From positions 64,001-128,000 of the IMG/VR virus record IMGVR_UViG_3300008108_000039: a DNA stretch of 64,000 nucleotides; one strand, given 5' to 3'. Below, one piece after another: positions 49,145 to 58,525 of the stretch (the first letter of the stretch is position 1; each line of letters starts with the position of its first letter). The notes under the pieces were generated by a model. That model was given only the letters and a program-made list of their open reading frames with translations. It did not search any database and was not told where the DNA came from. The translations under genes and the position numbers were made by a program. This stretch comes from a virus.

Positions 49145-49759
49145 TTAACATAGAGGACATACCCCTGTACTTGTGCAAATAATTTCTGTAATTAAACTAT
49201 TAACTTTACTATAATCTTTGACAGTTTGTATTTGTTTTCCCTCAGCTAATTTCATATATGCTTGAGGTGTTGAAGGAACACTAACAAGATCCCAACAAAG
49301 TAATTCAAAATCGTCTTGTACTTCAACAGTTTCGCCTAATTGTTTAACACTTCCCATACCACGTGATGAAATACCAAGAGGAATGTTAGACATTACTAAT
49401 GCTTTAGCTATGTTACCTGATGGTGTAGGTAATAGTTGTAGTTTACCCATTAGATCATTACCCTTCCACCATACTTCTGTTACAATATGTGAAGCATTAG
49501 ATAAATTTACAACAGATGATTCAGGGTGATCAAGTTCTCCTAAAGCAGTACGTGTTTTAACAGGACCCTCTACATATTTTTTAACTTCTCTTTCAAGAAT
49601 TTCACGAGGATACACACGACCATTACCATTCTTTTGTTCTGCTTCTTGTAATTTACCAACAAGGGTAACAAGAGATTTACCTTCACCTAGTTGCTTATTT
49701 TCAGCAATAGTAAATTTAGCACTATAAAATGGGGTATGATCTATTAATAAGGATTTCAT
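49145..49759 (-). CDS. prohead protease (gp21-like)
   Basis: N.NGRVYP...L, ALGELDHP, SH, GISSRG.GS, D.V..PS...A. Confidence 0.93.
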   Translation of the reverse strand: MKSLLIDHTPFYSAKFTIAENKQLGEGKSLVTLVGKLQEAEQKNGNGRVYPREILEREVKKYVEGPVKTRTALGELDHPESSVVNLSNASHIVTEVWWKGNDLMGKLQLLPTPSGNIAKALVMSNIPLGISSRGMGSVKQLGETVEVQDDFELLCWDLVSVPSTPQAYMKLAEGKQIQTVKDYSKVNSLITEIICTSTGVCPLC

Positions 49760-49760
49760 A

Positions 49761-50711
49761 TTATTTATTTTCAGCATCTATATTATCACGTCCATCATAA
49801 TATTCATTTATTGCTTCATGAACCATTTCTTCAAGTTGTTTTTTAAATTTTTCAAATGAAGCACCTAAATTAACACCAGGACGAAATTCTTTTGGTTTTT
49901 CAACTTTTTTATCATCTTTTTTATCAGAAGATGGTTGAGGATTTGTTTCTTCTTTATTTTCCTTTATTTTCTTTTTTTCAACTTTAACTTTTTTCATTCC
50001 TCTAGCCTTATCAACAGCATTTTTTTCAGTATAAAATTTCATTTGGTGATCTTCAGGTTTTGAAGAATCCATTGTTTGCATTTCATTTCCTGGTGTACCT
50101 GTTAATTTATAAATTGTATAATAAAATGAATCTTTTTTAAGATTTTTCATTACTATTTTAACAATTTCATCATATGATTTTTCAGGATGGCATTCATGTT
50201 CAATAGTAATACCATCTACTAATTCGTTAAAATTAACATTGGCTTTTTCATCAAATTGACCGTATTCTGTTTTTCCGTTAATATTTACAGATTTATTTAT
50301 TGATTCACTAATTCCACCTTCAAAATCATCAAATTTAGTATATTTACCACTTTCTTCTTCTTCACCTTTTTTAATCATATTATTAAATTCATCATCATTT
50401 TCAGGAAATATTTCAGAAGCAATAGCAATAGCTTCAGCTTGAGATAATCCCATTTCATCTTCTAAAGCAGCAACCGCACTAATATAGTCCCCCATTTGTT
50501 TAGCTAATTCTTCAGCAGTAGCACGCATTGCTTCTTCAGGCCCCATTGACTCAACTAAAATTCCTTTGTTTTTAAGAATTTTTATAGAATCATCAAATGA
50601 TGTTACATTAGTAACATATTGAGGAAAAGTCATGCGAATATTTCTCATAAAATTCGCTTGGGATATTTTACCTTCTTTTAAATCGCGGTATTGGTTTGCT
50701 ATACTTTTCAT
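49761..50711 (-). CDS. hypothetical head-associated protein
   Basis: G..IE.E.H....KNLKKD..YY; several (I/L)xE sites. Confidence 0.6.
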   Translation of the reverse strand: MKSIANQYRDLKEGKISQANFMRNIRMTFPQYVTNVTSFDDSIKILKNKGILVESMGPEEAMRATAEELAKQMGDYISAVAALEDEMGLSQAEAIAIASEIFPENDDEFNNMIKKGEEEESGKYTKFDDFEGGISESINKSVNINGKTEYGQFDEKANVNFNELVDGITIEHECHPEKSYDEIVKIVMKNLKKDSFYYTIYKLTGTPGNEMQTMDSSKPEDHQMKFYTEKNAVDKARGMKKVKVEKKKIKENKEETNPQPSSDKKDDKKVEKPKEFRPGVNLGASFEKFKKQLEEMVHEAINEYYDGRDNIDAENK

Positions 50712-50717
50712 GTTATT

Positions 50718-50846
50718 TTATTTTCCTTGTCCTCTATAATTTTTTTCAGTTCGGTCGTGTTTATTATAAGATTTTTGTGCTTTTCCTCTTTTACGTTTAC
50801 CAAAAGATATTTTTTGGCTACTTCCTGCAGATTTAGATTTTGCCAT
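50718..50846 (-). CDS. small basic protein (42 aa) ending KNYRGQGK, not in ORF track
   Basis: Translated by hand: MAKSKSAGSSQKISFGKRKRGKAQKSYNKHDRTEKNYRGQGK; ATG overlaps the upstream stop (TAATG). Confidence 0.75.
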   Translation of the reverse strand: MAKSKSAGSSQKISFGKRKRGKAQKSYNKHDRTEKNYRGQGK

Positions 50847-51388
50847 TATTGTTTAAGATTATTTACTTTATTATTTAAATGATTTACCATCTCTGCTATT
50901 TGAGTAACTGCTTTTTCTGTTCTTCCCCAATATTTTACACCATCTCCTTCACTTAATTCTTGCTTCATGCGTTGGGTATAATCAACAATACGATCAATTT
51001 CATTTAATTTACGCTTTACTTCACGCATTGCTTTATGAAGTTGTTCAGCTTTAGTTCTGTATTTAACTTCATTTTTAAATTGTTTATATGTTGCTTCGTT
51101 TAGCAATTCTTGCTTAATAATATCTTGAATATTCATATGTTCTTTATATAGTTTGTAAGTTGGTTTTTTACCAAAAAATGATTTATAGTCGTATACTTTA
51201 GAATCACTTGGCATCCCTTTAGGTACTCTTTTCATTCCTTCACCTTCAGAAGCTTTTGTAGCAGCGTTTGTTTTTTGTCCTTTTTTAGAGAACGCGTATG
51301 GAGTAGAATAACCAGGCACATTGGCTGTTGTAGATTCTTCATCTAACAATTCGCGAACAATTTGCTTTATATATTCTTTAATGTTCAC
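50846..51388 (-). CDS. hypothetical head-associated protein
   Basis: IKQIVRELLDEE leader, GYSTPYAF, C-terminal coiled coil. Confidence 0.65.
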   Translation of the reverse strand: MNIKEYIKQIVRELLDEESTTANVPGYSTPYAFSKKGQKTNAATKASEGEGMKRVPKGMPSDSKVYDYKSFFGKKPTYKLYKEHMNIQDIIKQELLNEATYKQFKNEVKYRTKAEQLHKAMREVKRKLNEIDRIVDYTQRMKQELSEGDGVKYWGRTEKAVTQIAEMVNHLNNKVNNLKQ

Positions 51389-52246
51389 CTATTTTACTGC
51401 TTTTAACTCATTAATTAATTGGTGAAACTGTAAAAGAGAAACAATATTCTCATCTTTTACATTTTGATTTTTATCTAAAGGTTGCAATAATGTAACTACC
51501 TCAGCTAATTTAATTTGAGTAGTTTTATCTGTTACAGTTTGAGCTAAATTATTTAAAGTTTTTTTAATTAAATTAAATTGCTCATTAACAAATTCTTTTA
51601 GTTTAGTAGTATTAGACACATTATTAATATATTCTTTCAATATTAATTTTTGAACATTAGATAAAACAGTATATTTTTCATTAAATTTTTCTAACATTAT
51701 TTTATAAGCTAAAATGCGGGTACCAGTGTCCATTTTACTATATTCTTCTAATACACGATCTTTAACACCTTCAACATTAACTTCTTTACGAGTAATATGT
51801 TCTAGTAATGTTATCTTATTATCTATAATTTGAGAAGGTTCAATAAATTCTAATGATCCATGTGCTTCAATTAAATTAGATACAGCAGCATATTGTGAAT
51901 AGTTATTAATTTTTGCTTTAAAGAATACCTCAATATCGTAACTATTGCGAATTTCTTTAATCAAATTATATTTTTCTTTGCGTAAAGCCGTTTTATTTAA
52001 ACGTGAAGATATTTCAAGTATTGATGTAATTAATAATTCTGCTTTACCTTCAGTTAATGCCTTGCTGGTTATAACAGCTTGGTATAATTTATGTTCTTTT
52101 GCTAGTTCAGTTTTATTAAAATATTTTTTAACAATGTTAATTGCTGCAGAATCTTTACCAGATACTGTATCAGATGCAATCTGTCTAACTAAAAGTTCAA
52201 ATAAAATACCAGTGTTTTTGTACTTTGAATGTTTTATTTTATTCAT
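51389..52246 (-). CDS. conserved hypothetical head-module protein
   Basis: 285 aa, KHSKYKNTGILFELLVRQI; directly after the portal gene. Confidence 0.7.
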   Translation of the reverse strand: MNKIKHSKYKNTGILFELLVRQIASDTVSGKDSAAINIVKKYFNKTELAKEHKLYQAVITSKALTEGKAELLITSILEISSRLNKTALRKEKYNLIKEIRNSYDIEVFFKAKINNYSQYAAVSNLIEAHGSLEFIEPSQIIDNKITLLEHITRKEVNVEGVKDRVLEEYSKMDTGTRILAYKIMLEKFNEKYTVLSNVQKLILKEYINNVSNTTKLKEFVNEQFNLIKKTLNNLAQTVTDKTTQIKLAEVVTLLQPLDKNQNVKDENIVSLLQFHQLINELKAVK

Positions 52247-52287
52247 AATGTGTAGTAGTATGGCACTATCTATAAATATGTTATTAT

Positions 52288-54171
52288 CTATAGTCCTTTA
52301 ATATTATTTTCATTAAGTAGTGATGGTTCTTGATCAGGTCCAAATACAATTTCTTTTCTCATTTCTTTAGGTATAGAACCTAATGAATTTTTTATTTTAT
52401 AAGATTCAGCTATTGCTATTGGTGACCCACCTTTTGGTGTTCCTTCACCAGTTTCATTAGGAGTGGATAAAGTATTATTACCAATTCTACCAGTTCTATC
52501 TTTACCTAATGGATCTTCTTGTGTATTAATAATAGATGCTTTTTCTTGAGGACGACCAATTGGACGTTTTTCATCATATCCACCAGGTACTTCTCCATTT
52601 TGTCCCATTCTACCTTTACCATATAATGATGCTAAATCGTGTGGTGTACCATATGATTTACCTGTTCTAGCAGGATCATTACCCTCATTTTCAATTTGAC
52701 CTAATCTAAAGGCACGCATTTTATCTTGAATTACTAAATCACGGTATTCATCGTATTGATCTTCACTAAATTGGAATACATTATCATATATCCAATCTGA
52801 TGGGAGTAAATTTGTATCTTGAATATTTTTTGCTAAATCAACCTTTTCTTTCCATAATGCTACTTTTTCTTGTTCAAATATAATTGAAGAATTAGTTAAT
52901 TGTAATTCAAAATTAGTTAAAGAAGCACCATCATATCCTTGAACATATAAATGCACTAAAGCAATTTTATATAATTCAGATAACATAATGCGTTGAATGC
53001 GTTCAACGGTACGAGCAAAGCGAATATCTTCAGCAGCTAATGTAGCTTTACCTTCAAGATCTTTTTCAAATCCAAAAAATGCTTTAGGTACTTTTAATGC
53101 TGCTAACATTTCATCACGTAAAAAGTTAACATCATCTATAGCTTGATATTCTAATCCTTTTAATGTATCAATTTTAGTTGTACTATCATTACCACGAGTA
53201 GGTAAATAATAATCCTCCATCATATTCATTAGGTTATACTTTAAATTGTATTCACCTGTTTGATTATCTACATAAGGAGTTTTTTTCATTTTTTGCATTA
53301 ACTTCTGCATATACCCATCAACTTCATTAGCGGGTATATTACCTACATTAACTGTAAATACACGTTTTTCTGGGGCGCGTACAATACGATGCAATAACAT
53401 TGCATCTTTCATTAGTACATATTGTTTATATGTTTTACGAGCAGGTTCAATATATGATCTACCATAAGGTAAATAATTAGCATCTGTTATTAATCTAAAG
53501 TGAGCTATTTCATAATTTTCAAATGTAATTCTACCTTCTCTATCTGCTAAACGTGTACTTACACCACCAGATGCTATTACTGATGGGTTAATTTTAAATG
53601 TTACTGAAGAAGGGTTATTAGGATCTTGACCTTCTTCACGTACCATATCATAAACGGATAATGGTGTTACACTATATACTCCAAATTTTTCTGCAATTTC
53701 TAAATGTAAATAAAAATCTCCATATTTACACATATTGCGAGTCCAAACCCAAAGATTAAATTCAATATTTAAAATATCATAAAATAAATTGTATAATATT
53801 CGTTGTATATTTTCATCTGAACTTTTAATTTGTAATACTTCTCCTACTTCATTTTTTAAAGTAGATTCATCTGCTATAATATCTAAAGTAGAAGCAATAA
53901 TTGACTCAGTATCCATAGCTTCATAATCAGTATATAACTGAAGACGAAGTGTTTGATAATTCATTGTAGGATTATATGGCATATTAGCGCCATAACGATG
54001 TAATTTAGTAAATCTATCAATTAAAGCATTTGTTTTAACATTGCCATAAGATTGAATGTTGTCTACATCTACAGTTTTTAATTGTTTACCTCCAACATTT
54101 CTTATAATAACATCTGTGTTAAATAAGCGAGATAATCTATCAAATAAACCGCTATTATTTTGTTCGGCCAT
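52288..54171 (-). CDS. portal protein (gp20-like)
   Basis: YG.S.IE.AR, DA.L..RI.RAPE.RVF...VGN.P, EDY.LP.RG, I.TL.G, ALKVPK, EDIRFAR...R.Q. Confidence 0.95.
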   Translation of the reverse strand: MAEQNNSGLFDRLSRLFNTDVIIRNVGGKQLKTVDVDNIQSYGNVKTNALIDRFTKLHRYGANMPYNPTMNYQTLRLQLYTDYEAMDTESIIASTLDIIADESTLKNEVGEVLQIKSSDENIQRILYNLFYDILNIEFNLWVWTRNMCKYGDFYLHLEIAEKFGVYSVTPLSVYDMVREEGQDPNNPSSVTFKINPSVIASGGVSTRLADREGRITFENYEIAHFRLITDANYLPYGRSYIEPARKTYKQYVLMKDAMLLHRIVRAPEKRVFTVNVGNIPANEVDGYMQKLMQKMKKTPYVDNQTGEYNLKYNLMNMMEDYYLPTRGNDSTTKIDTLKGLEYQAIDDVNFLRDEMLAALKVPKAFFGFEKDLEGKATLAAEDIRFARTVERIQRIMLSELYKIALVHLYVQGYDGASLTNFELQLTNSSIIFEQEKVALWKEKVDLAKNIQDTNLLPSDWIYDNVFQFSEDQYDEYRDLVIQDKMRAFRLGQIENEGNDPARTGKSYGTPHDLASLYGKGRMGQNGEVPGGYDEKRPIGRPQEKASIINTQEDPLGKDRTGRIGNNTLSTPNETGEGTPKGGSPIAIAESYKIKNSLGSIPKEMRKEIVFGPDQEPSLLNENNIKGL

Positions 54172-54203
54172 TTTTATATTTTATTATGATTATAAATATT
54201 TAT

Positions 54204-55790
54204 TTATCCTATTACCCATGTTAAATCTTCAATGTTGCCATTTCCTAAATCCATTTTATAAGGATTGTTAAAATTTGTAGGACCCGGCATTATTACTGCT
54301 GAAGTTTTAGTTATATTATTTATATTTTGACGAGTCATATTCATTCCTTGTTCATAAAATTTCATTGCTGTATCACGAGTAAATAATCCTATTCCTAATG
54401 ACATTACTAAATCATCGTTATATCCATTTTGTGCTTGTGGTTTACCATTCATCCAAATAAATACTCTTAATTCTTCTAATAATCGTTTTGAGTGAAAAAT
54501 AAATTGTCTGTCTCTAATATACGCTTCTGTTTTGGAGACAACAAGAGGTCTTGTTTTAGCGGACATAGTAAAGCCAGGAACTGTTTGCTCAGAATCCATT
54601 TTAGCCATCCATTTATCTATATGCATTTCTCCATAGACACGAGGTGAATAATATAAATTAGGATATTGTTTTTCTATAATAGTGTTTATAACATCCCATC
54701 CTACACTTGCATTTTCAACTACAAGTAAAGCATTATTATATTCAGTAGCAACAGATACCAACATATTTCCATAAGTACGAGTATCAACTTGTGATTTATA
54801 TTCAGCAACTTGTTCACACGTTGTTGCATCAATAATATGAAACGCTGAATAGTCCGAACCATCACCGCGAGCCACGTCAGCGCAAACCAAATACTGCTTA
54901 TTATAATCAGGATACTGCCAAATCCAAAAATCGCCACCCATAAAACGACGTTCAATAGGATCTTGTATAAATGTTTGTTCATAAAAAGATAATGTGTCTG
55001 ATTCAATAACAGAATTTCCAGAACCTAAAAAGTCACAGTCATACTCTTGAGCAAATTCTCGAGGAGACATGTTTGATCTTTCTGTTTTTTCCCATTCTTC
55101 ATCTCTATCAGGATGTAAATTCCAAGGCAATCTAATTGCTTTAAAACCTTTACCTTCACCAGTTCCTGATTCAGCAGATGTATACATTTTATGAAACCAA
55201 TTACCAATTCCATTAGGAGAAGATAATGCAATAATTCCTCCCCCTGTTGCAATTGTAGGTTTAATACTTGTATAAATTTTATCAATTCCTTCAATAAAAG
55301 CAGCCTCATCTACTAATAGTAAAGATACAGCATAGGATCTACCTGCATCTGATGCTGCTGATGTTGCAATTATTTGAGAATTATTAGCTAACTTTAAAGA
55401 TAATTTATTATCTGATAATGGTTTTTCTTTACCTTTTAACCAAGAAGGTAAATTATTGTACATAAATTGTACTTTATCTACCATCCCTTTAGCTGTTTCT
55501 TGTTTTGTTGCAATACAAAGTATAGTTTTATCTTTATTAAACAACATTGTCCATAAAGAAAATCCTGCAACTAAAGTAGATATACCTAATTGGCGTGATT
55601 TATTAATAATAGAAAAACGATTATTTCTAAAATCATTTAATACTTCTTCCTGGAATGGGTATAAATGGAATAATATTCTTCCTTTTTGAGGGTGTGAAAT
55701 GTAGCAATATTTGCGAAAGAAATGAACAGGATCCATGGCGCATTTGATATATTCCTGTTTGATTATTTCTTTAATATTAGTTTGTGTCAT
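54204..55790 (-). CDS. terminase large subunit (gp17-like)
   Basis: LYPFQ, KSRQLGIST, LLVDEAAF, S.PNG..NWF, QEY.C.F, DVARG.G.DYS, DDLVM. Confidence 0.95.
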   Translation of the reverse strand: MTQTNIKEIIKQEYIKCAMDPVHFFRKYCYISHPQKGRILFHLYPFQEEVLNDFRNNRFSIINKSRQLGISTLVAGFSLWTMLFNKDKTILCIATKQETAKGMVDKVQFMYNNLPSWLKGKEKPLSDNKLSLKLANNSQIIATSAASDAGRSYAVSLLLVDEAAFIEGIDKIYTSIKPTIATGGGIIALSSPNGIGNWFHKMYTSAESGTGEGKGFKAIRLPWNLHPDRDEEWEKTERSNMSPREFAQEYDCDFLGSGNSVIESDTLSFYEQTFIQDPIERRFMGGDFWIWQYPDYNKQYLVCADVARGDGSDYSAFHIIDATTCEQVAEYKSQVDTRTYGNMLVSVATEYNNALLVVENASVGWDVINTIIEKQYPNLYYSPRVYGEMHIDKWMAKMDSEQTVPGFTMSAKTRPLVVSKTEAYIRDRQFIFHSKRLLEELRVFIWMNGKPQAQNGYNDDLVMSLGIGLFTRDTAMKFYEQGMNMTRQNINNITKTSAVIMPGPTNFNNPYKMDLGNGNIEDLTWVIG

Positions 55791-55803
55791 ATATATAAAT
55801 ATA

Positions 55804-55834
55804 CAAAAAAAGGTCTAACCTTGCGGTTAGACCT
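55804..55834 (-). terminator. intrinsic terminator
   Basis: AGGTCTAACC-GCAA-GGTTAGACCT followed by a T-run. Confidence 0.85.
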
Positions 55835-55855
55835 AATTTTCACGGGTGTGTTGGA

Positions 55856-56470
55856 TTATTTTAATTTAAGCTTCCAATAAGATGAAACACCATATACTAC
55901 ATTTCCATTATTGTTTAATCCTATAGTAGCACCAAATATTTGATCTTTTTTAGTTTTATATAATAAACCTGAATTTAGTTGGTTTATATTAGTTCTAGTA
56001 GCTTCTAATCCTCCACCTATATAGAGTTGACTAACAGGTTTATAAGGAATAGTTATAGTTTCTTTTATAACAGGATATTTAATATTTACTTCTGTAGATC
56101 TTCCTACAATAAGATTTTTCTGTACACTATCAGTTATTTTTACATACCCATTTGTATCAATTCGTAATGAATCTTTATGGATATTAATTGCAAGTAGTTG
56201 ATTTACAACTTCTTGATATTGTTTAACTAATTTTCCATAGTTTGTATCTGGTGTATAATGATTTATAATAGTAGTGTCATGTGAACCTATAGTAATAGTT
56301 TTAATTACTTGAGGTTTACTAATTATTAAAGAATCTTTAGTAACCCAAATTGTATCTCTCTTTACAGTAGGTAAAGAAGGAGTTGATTTTTCACAACCTC
56401 TTTGTAATAAGATAACTACTAAAAGAACTAAAACAACAAAACTTAAAAAATTATTTTTTATAAATTGCAT
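55856..56470 (-). CDS. membrane-anchored protein, spanin-like candidate
   Basis: N-terminal TM/lipoprotein-like signal (LLQRGC), DT/DS-rich stalk, C-terminal amphipathic beta strands ending YWKLKLK. Confidence 0.55.
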   Translation of the reverse strand: MQFIKNNFLSFVVLVLLVVILLQRGCEKSTPSLPTVKRDTIWVTKDSLIISKPQVIKTITIGSHDTTIINHYTPDTNYGKLVKQYQEVVNQLLAINIHKDSLRIDTNGYVKITDSVQKNLIVGRSTEVNIKYPVIKETITIPYKPVSQLYIGGGLEATRTNINQLNSGLLYKTKKDQIFGATIGLNNNGNVVYGVSSYWKLKLK

Positions 56471-56475
56471 ATATT

Positions 56476-57438
56476 TTATTTTATAATACCGGCATAGTAT
56501 TGTAATTTATTTAATGTCCATTCATCTAAAGGTTCTTCTGTTTCTTCTTCAGGAGCAGCAGTTGGTGGTTCTGGTATTTCAACACCTGCTAATTTTTTAA
56601 CATAATCACTACTAGCAACCAAGCTATTAATACGTTGTTCTAATGATGTTCTTAAAGCACGTAAACGCTGTAATTCTTCAGACGGTTTGTCTTTAATGTC
56701 ACCTGCAGTGGCTTTTGATCTTTTTAATTTTAAAATATTAGATTTAGTAGCATTTAAACGGCGTTCTAATTCTCTATATTGTGTAGCTGCTTTATAATCT
56801 TCATTAGATGCCTTTGAAGAAATAGGTTCTACTTTTTCAAGTTCATCTTCACCAGGTTCAACAAGATCCTCAGAACCATCAGCATTTGGTTCACCATCAA
56901 AATACATTGCTAATGGATTTTCTGTACTACCCATAAACATATCTTCAGGTTCAGTAGCCTGACTAGGTGCTTCTTCACCAGGTTCTGGTATAGCTTCTAC
57001 TTCACCACCTGCTCCTAATCTTACTACTACTCCAGCATCTAATAATCCATTTATAACAGCATTAGCTATTTGTGGGCGAACAAAATTAAATTGTGTTTGA
57101 ATATCCTTTTTCTCAGCCCCAGGATTTTCACGAATATAATTAATAATATCAGCTAATGATACTCCACTAATACGTTTATTAGTATAAGGTTCAGTATTAA
57201 TATTATTATCAGTTAGTCTATATCCTTTAGCTGTGCGAGCCATTTCTTCAATTTCTCCTTCAGCAACTTCTGCTCTACCAGAAGATATATCGTTTTTCTT
57301 AGATTGAAGTGCTTTTATTCTAGCATCTATTGCTTTTTTTTCAGCATCTTCAGCTGCTTTTTCAATAGAAGATTCTGATTCTAATAATACTTCTTTTATA
57401 GCTTCGCGTATAATTTTACGTAATTCTTTACTTTTCAT
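56476..57438 (-). CDS. acidic hypothetical protein, probable internal head protein (probable start MKSKELRK)
   Basis: LRKIIREAIKEVLLE leader; ends KLQYYAGIIK. Confidence 0.65.
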   Translation of the reverse strand: MKSKELRKIIREAIKEVLLESESSIEKAAEDAEKKAIDARIKALQSKKNDISSGRAEVAEGEIEEMARTAKGYRLTDNNINTEPYTNKRISGVSLADIINYIRENPGAEKKDIQTQFNFVRPQIANAVINGLLDAGVVVRLGAGGEVEAIPEPGEEAPSQATEPEDMFMGSTENPLAMYFDGEPNADGSEDLVEPGEDELEKVEPISSKASNEDYKAATQYRELERRLNATKSNILKLKRSKATAGDIKDKPSEELQRLRALRTSLEQRINSLVASSDYVKKLAGVEIPEPPTAAPEEETEEPLDEWTLNKLQYYAGIIK

Positions 57439-57472
57439 TTTATTGTCATTCAAATTGTTCATCATATAAATA

Positions 57473-57991
57473 TTAAATATTTTGTAAAATTATAGCAATA
57501 CGTTCATCAGTTGTACCTTCTACTTGAATTAATTTTTTAGGTTTATATTCTTTTAAAGCTTCTTGTATAGTCCAATCAATCTTCATACGATAATTTAAAT
57601 CAGTTTCACGAACTCCATTATCTTCCATATCAACCCCATTAGGAGATACATAAATTACTACATCATAATAATCACGAAGATGCATAGCTGCCTCAACAAA
57701 TGCACGTTTTTCCCATTCTCCTATTGACTTAGATGATAGTGTAAATGAACATACATCCCAAATAGTTCGATCTGTAATAATATTAGGTTGTAATAATTCA
57801 GTAGCACGTTCTGCTAAAAATATAAATTGACCTGGTAATGTCGAATCAGTATTCAATGAAATACCTAGATTACTTAGGTATTTACTTCGTTCAGTTTGTA
57901 CGCTATGATCTTTAAATTGGTCTAATTCACCTAGTGCTTTAGCTAATGTAGTTTTACCTACACTCATAGTTCCTGTCAATCCTATTTTCAT
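57473..57991 (-). CDS. NadR/AAA_28-like P-loop nucleotide kinase
   Basis: IGLTG..SVGKTTL, ITDR...D, EDNGVR. Confidence 0.78.
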   Translation of the reverse strand: MKIGLTGTMSVGKTTLAKALGELDQFKDHSVQTERSKYLSNLGISLNTDSTLPGQFIFLAERATELLQPNIITDRTIWDVCSFTLSSKSIGEWEKRAFVEAAMHLRDYYDVVIYVSPNGVDMEDNGVRETDLNYRMKIDWTIQEALKEYKPKKLIQVEGTTDERIAIILQNI

Positions 57992-58197
57992 TTCTTATTT
58001 CTATTGTTTATTTTCTTCATTTGACGTGCTATTTTCTTTTCTTGTTTTGCATCTTTAGCACGTTGTTTAATACGCTTTTCAGCTCCCGCTTTATATTTAA
58101 TATCAACATTAATAGGACCTCTAATAAATTTATCTAAATCAAATGTCCAAGTTTCTGTTGTATCTTCATCTTCATATATACGAGTAAATTTTGCCAT
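57988..58197 (-). CDS. hypothetical protein
   Basis: 69-aa ORF with a basic tail. Confidence 0.6.
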   Translation of the reverse strand: MAKFTRIYEDEDTTETWTFDLDKFIRGPINVDIKYKAGAEKRIKQRAKDAKQEKKIARQMKKINNRNKK

Positions 58198-58224
58198 AAA
58201 GTAAATGTATGAACTTTATTTTGA

Positions 58225-58482
58225 CTATACTCTGGCTCCTGCTGCCTTTCCTGCTGCAGTTTTGTAAAAGGGTACTCCGTTACCATCTTTTTTAAGATCT
58301 TCCCATTGTTCTTTAGTATATTTTATACCAAACAAATAATATTCAGCAGCTCGTTTATTACCTTGAGGAATAAGGGCTGCTGAATCCCAGTTATGGAATT
58401 TATTTTTCCCGTCTACATTAATGTAGTGTGCTATTGTTCCGTCTGCTAATTTAATTTTTCTTGTTCCCATTTGTATTTCCAT
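58225..58482 (-). CDS. hypothetical protein
   Basis: KFHNWD.AA.I....EYYL.G. Confidence 0.65.
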   Translation of the reverse strand: MEIQMGTRKIKLADGTIAHYINVDGKNKFHNWDSAALIPQGNKRAAEYYLFGIKYTKEQWEDLKKDGNGVPFYKTAAGKAAGARV

Positions 58483-58525
58483 TTAAATTTTTTATATGTT
58501 TTTTGTCTGCTATTACAACATCTAA

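Noticed and set aside
54719-55309. Alternative-frame minus-strand ORFs inside terminase (also 13186-13374 inside SSB)
   Set aside because: They are nested in conserved genes with no motif or start-signal support.
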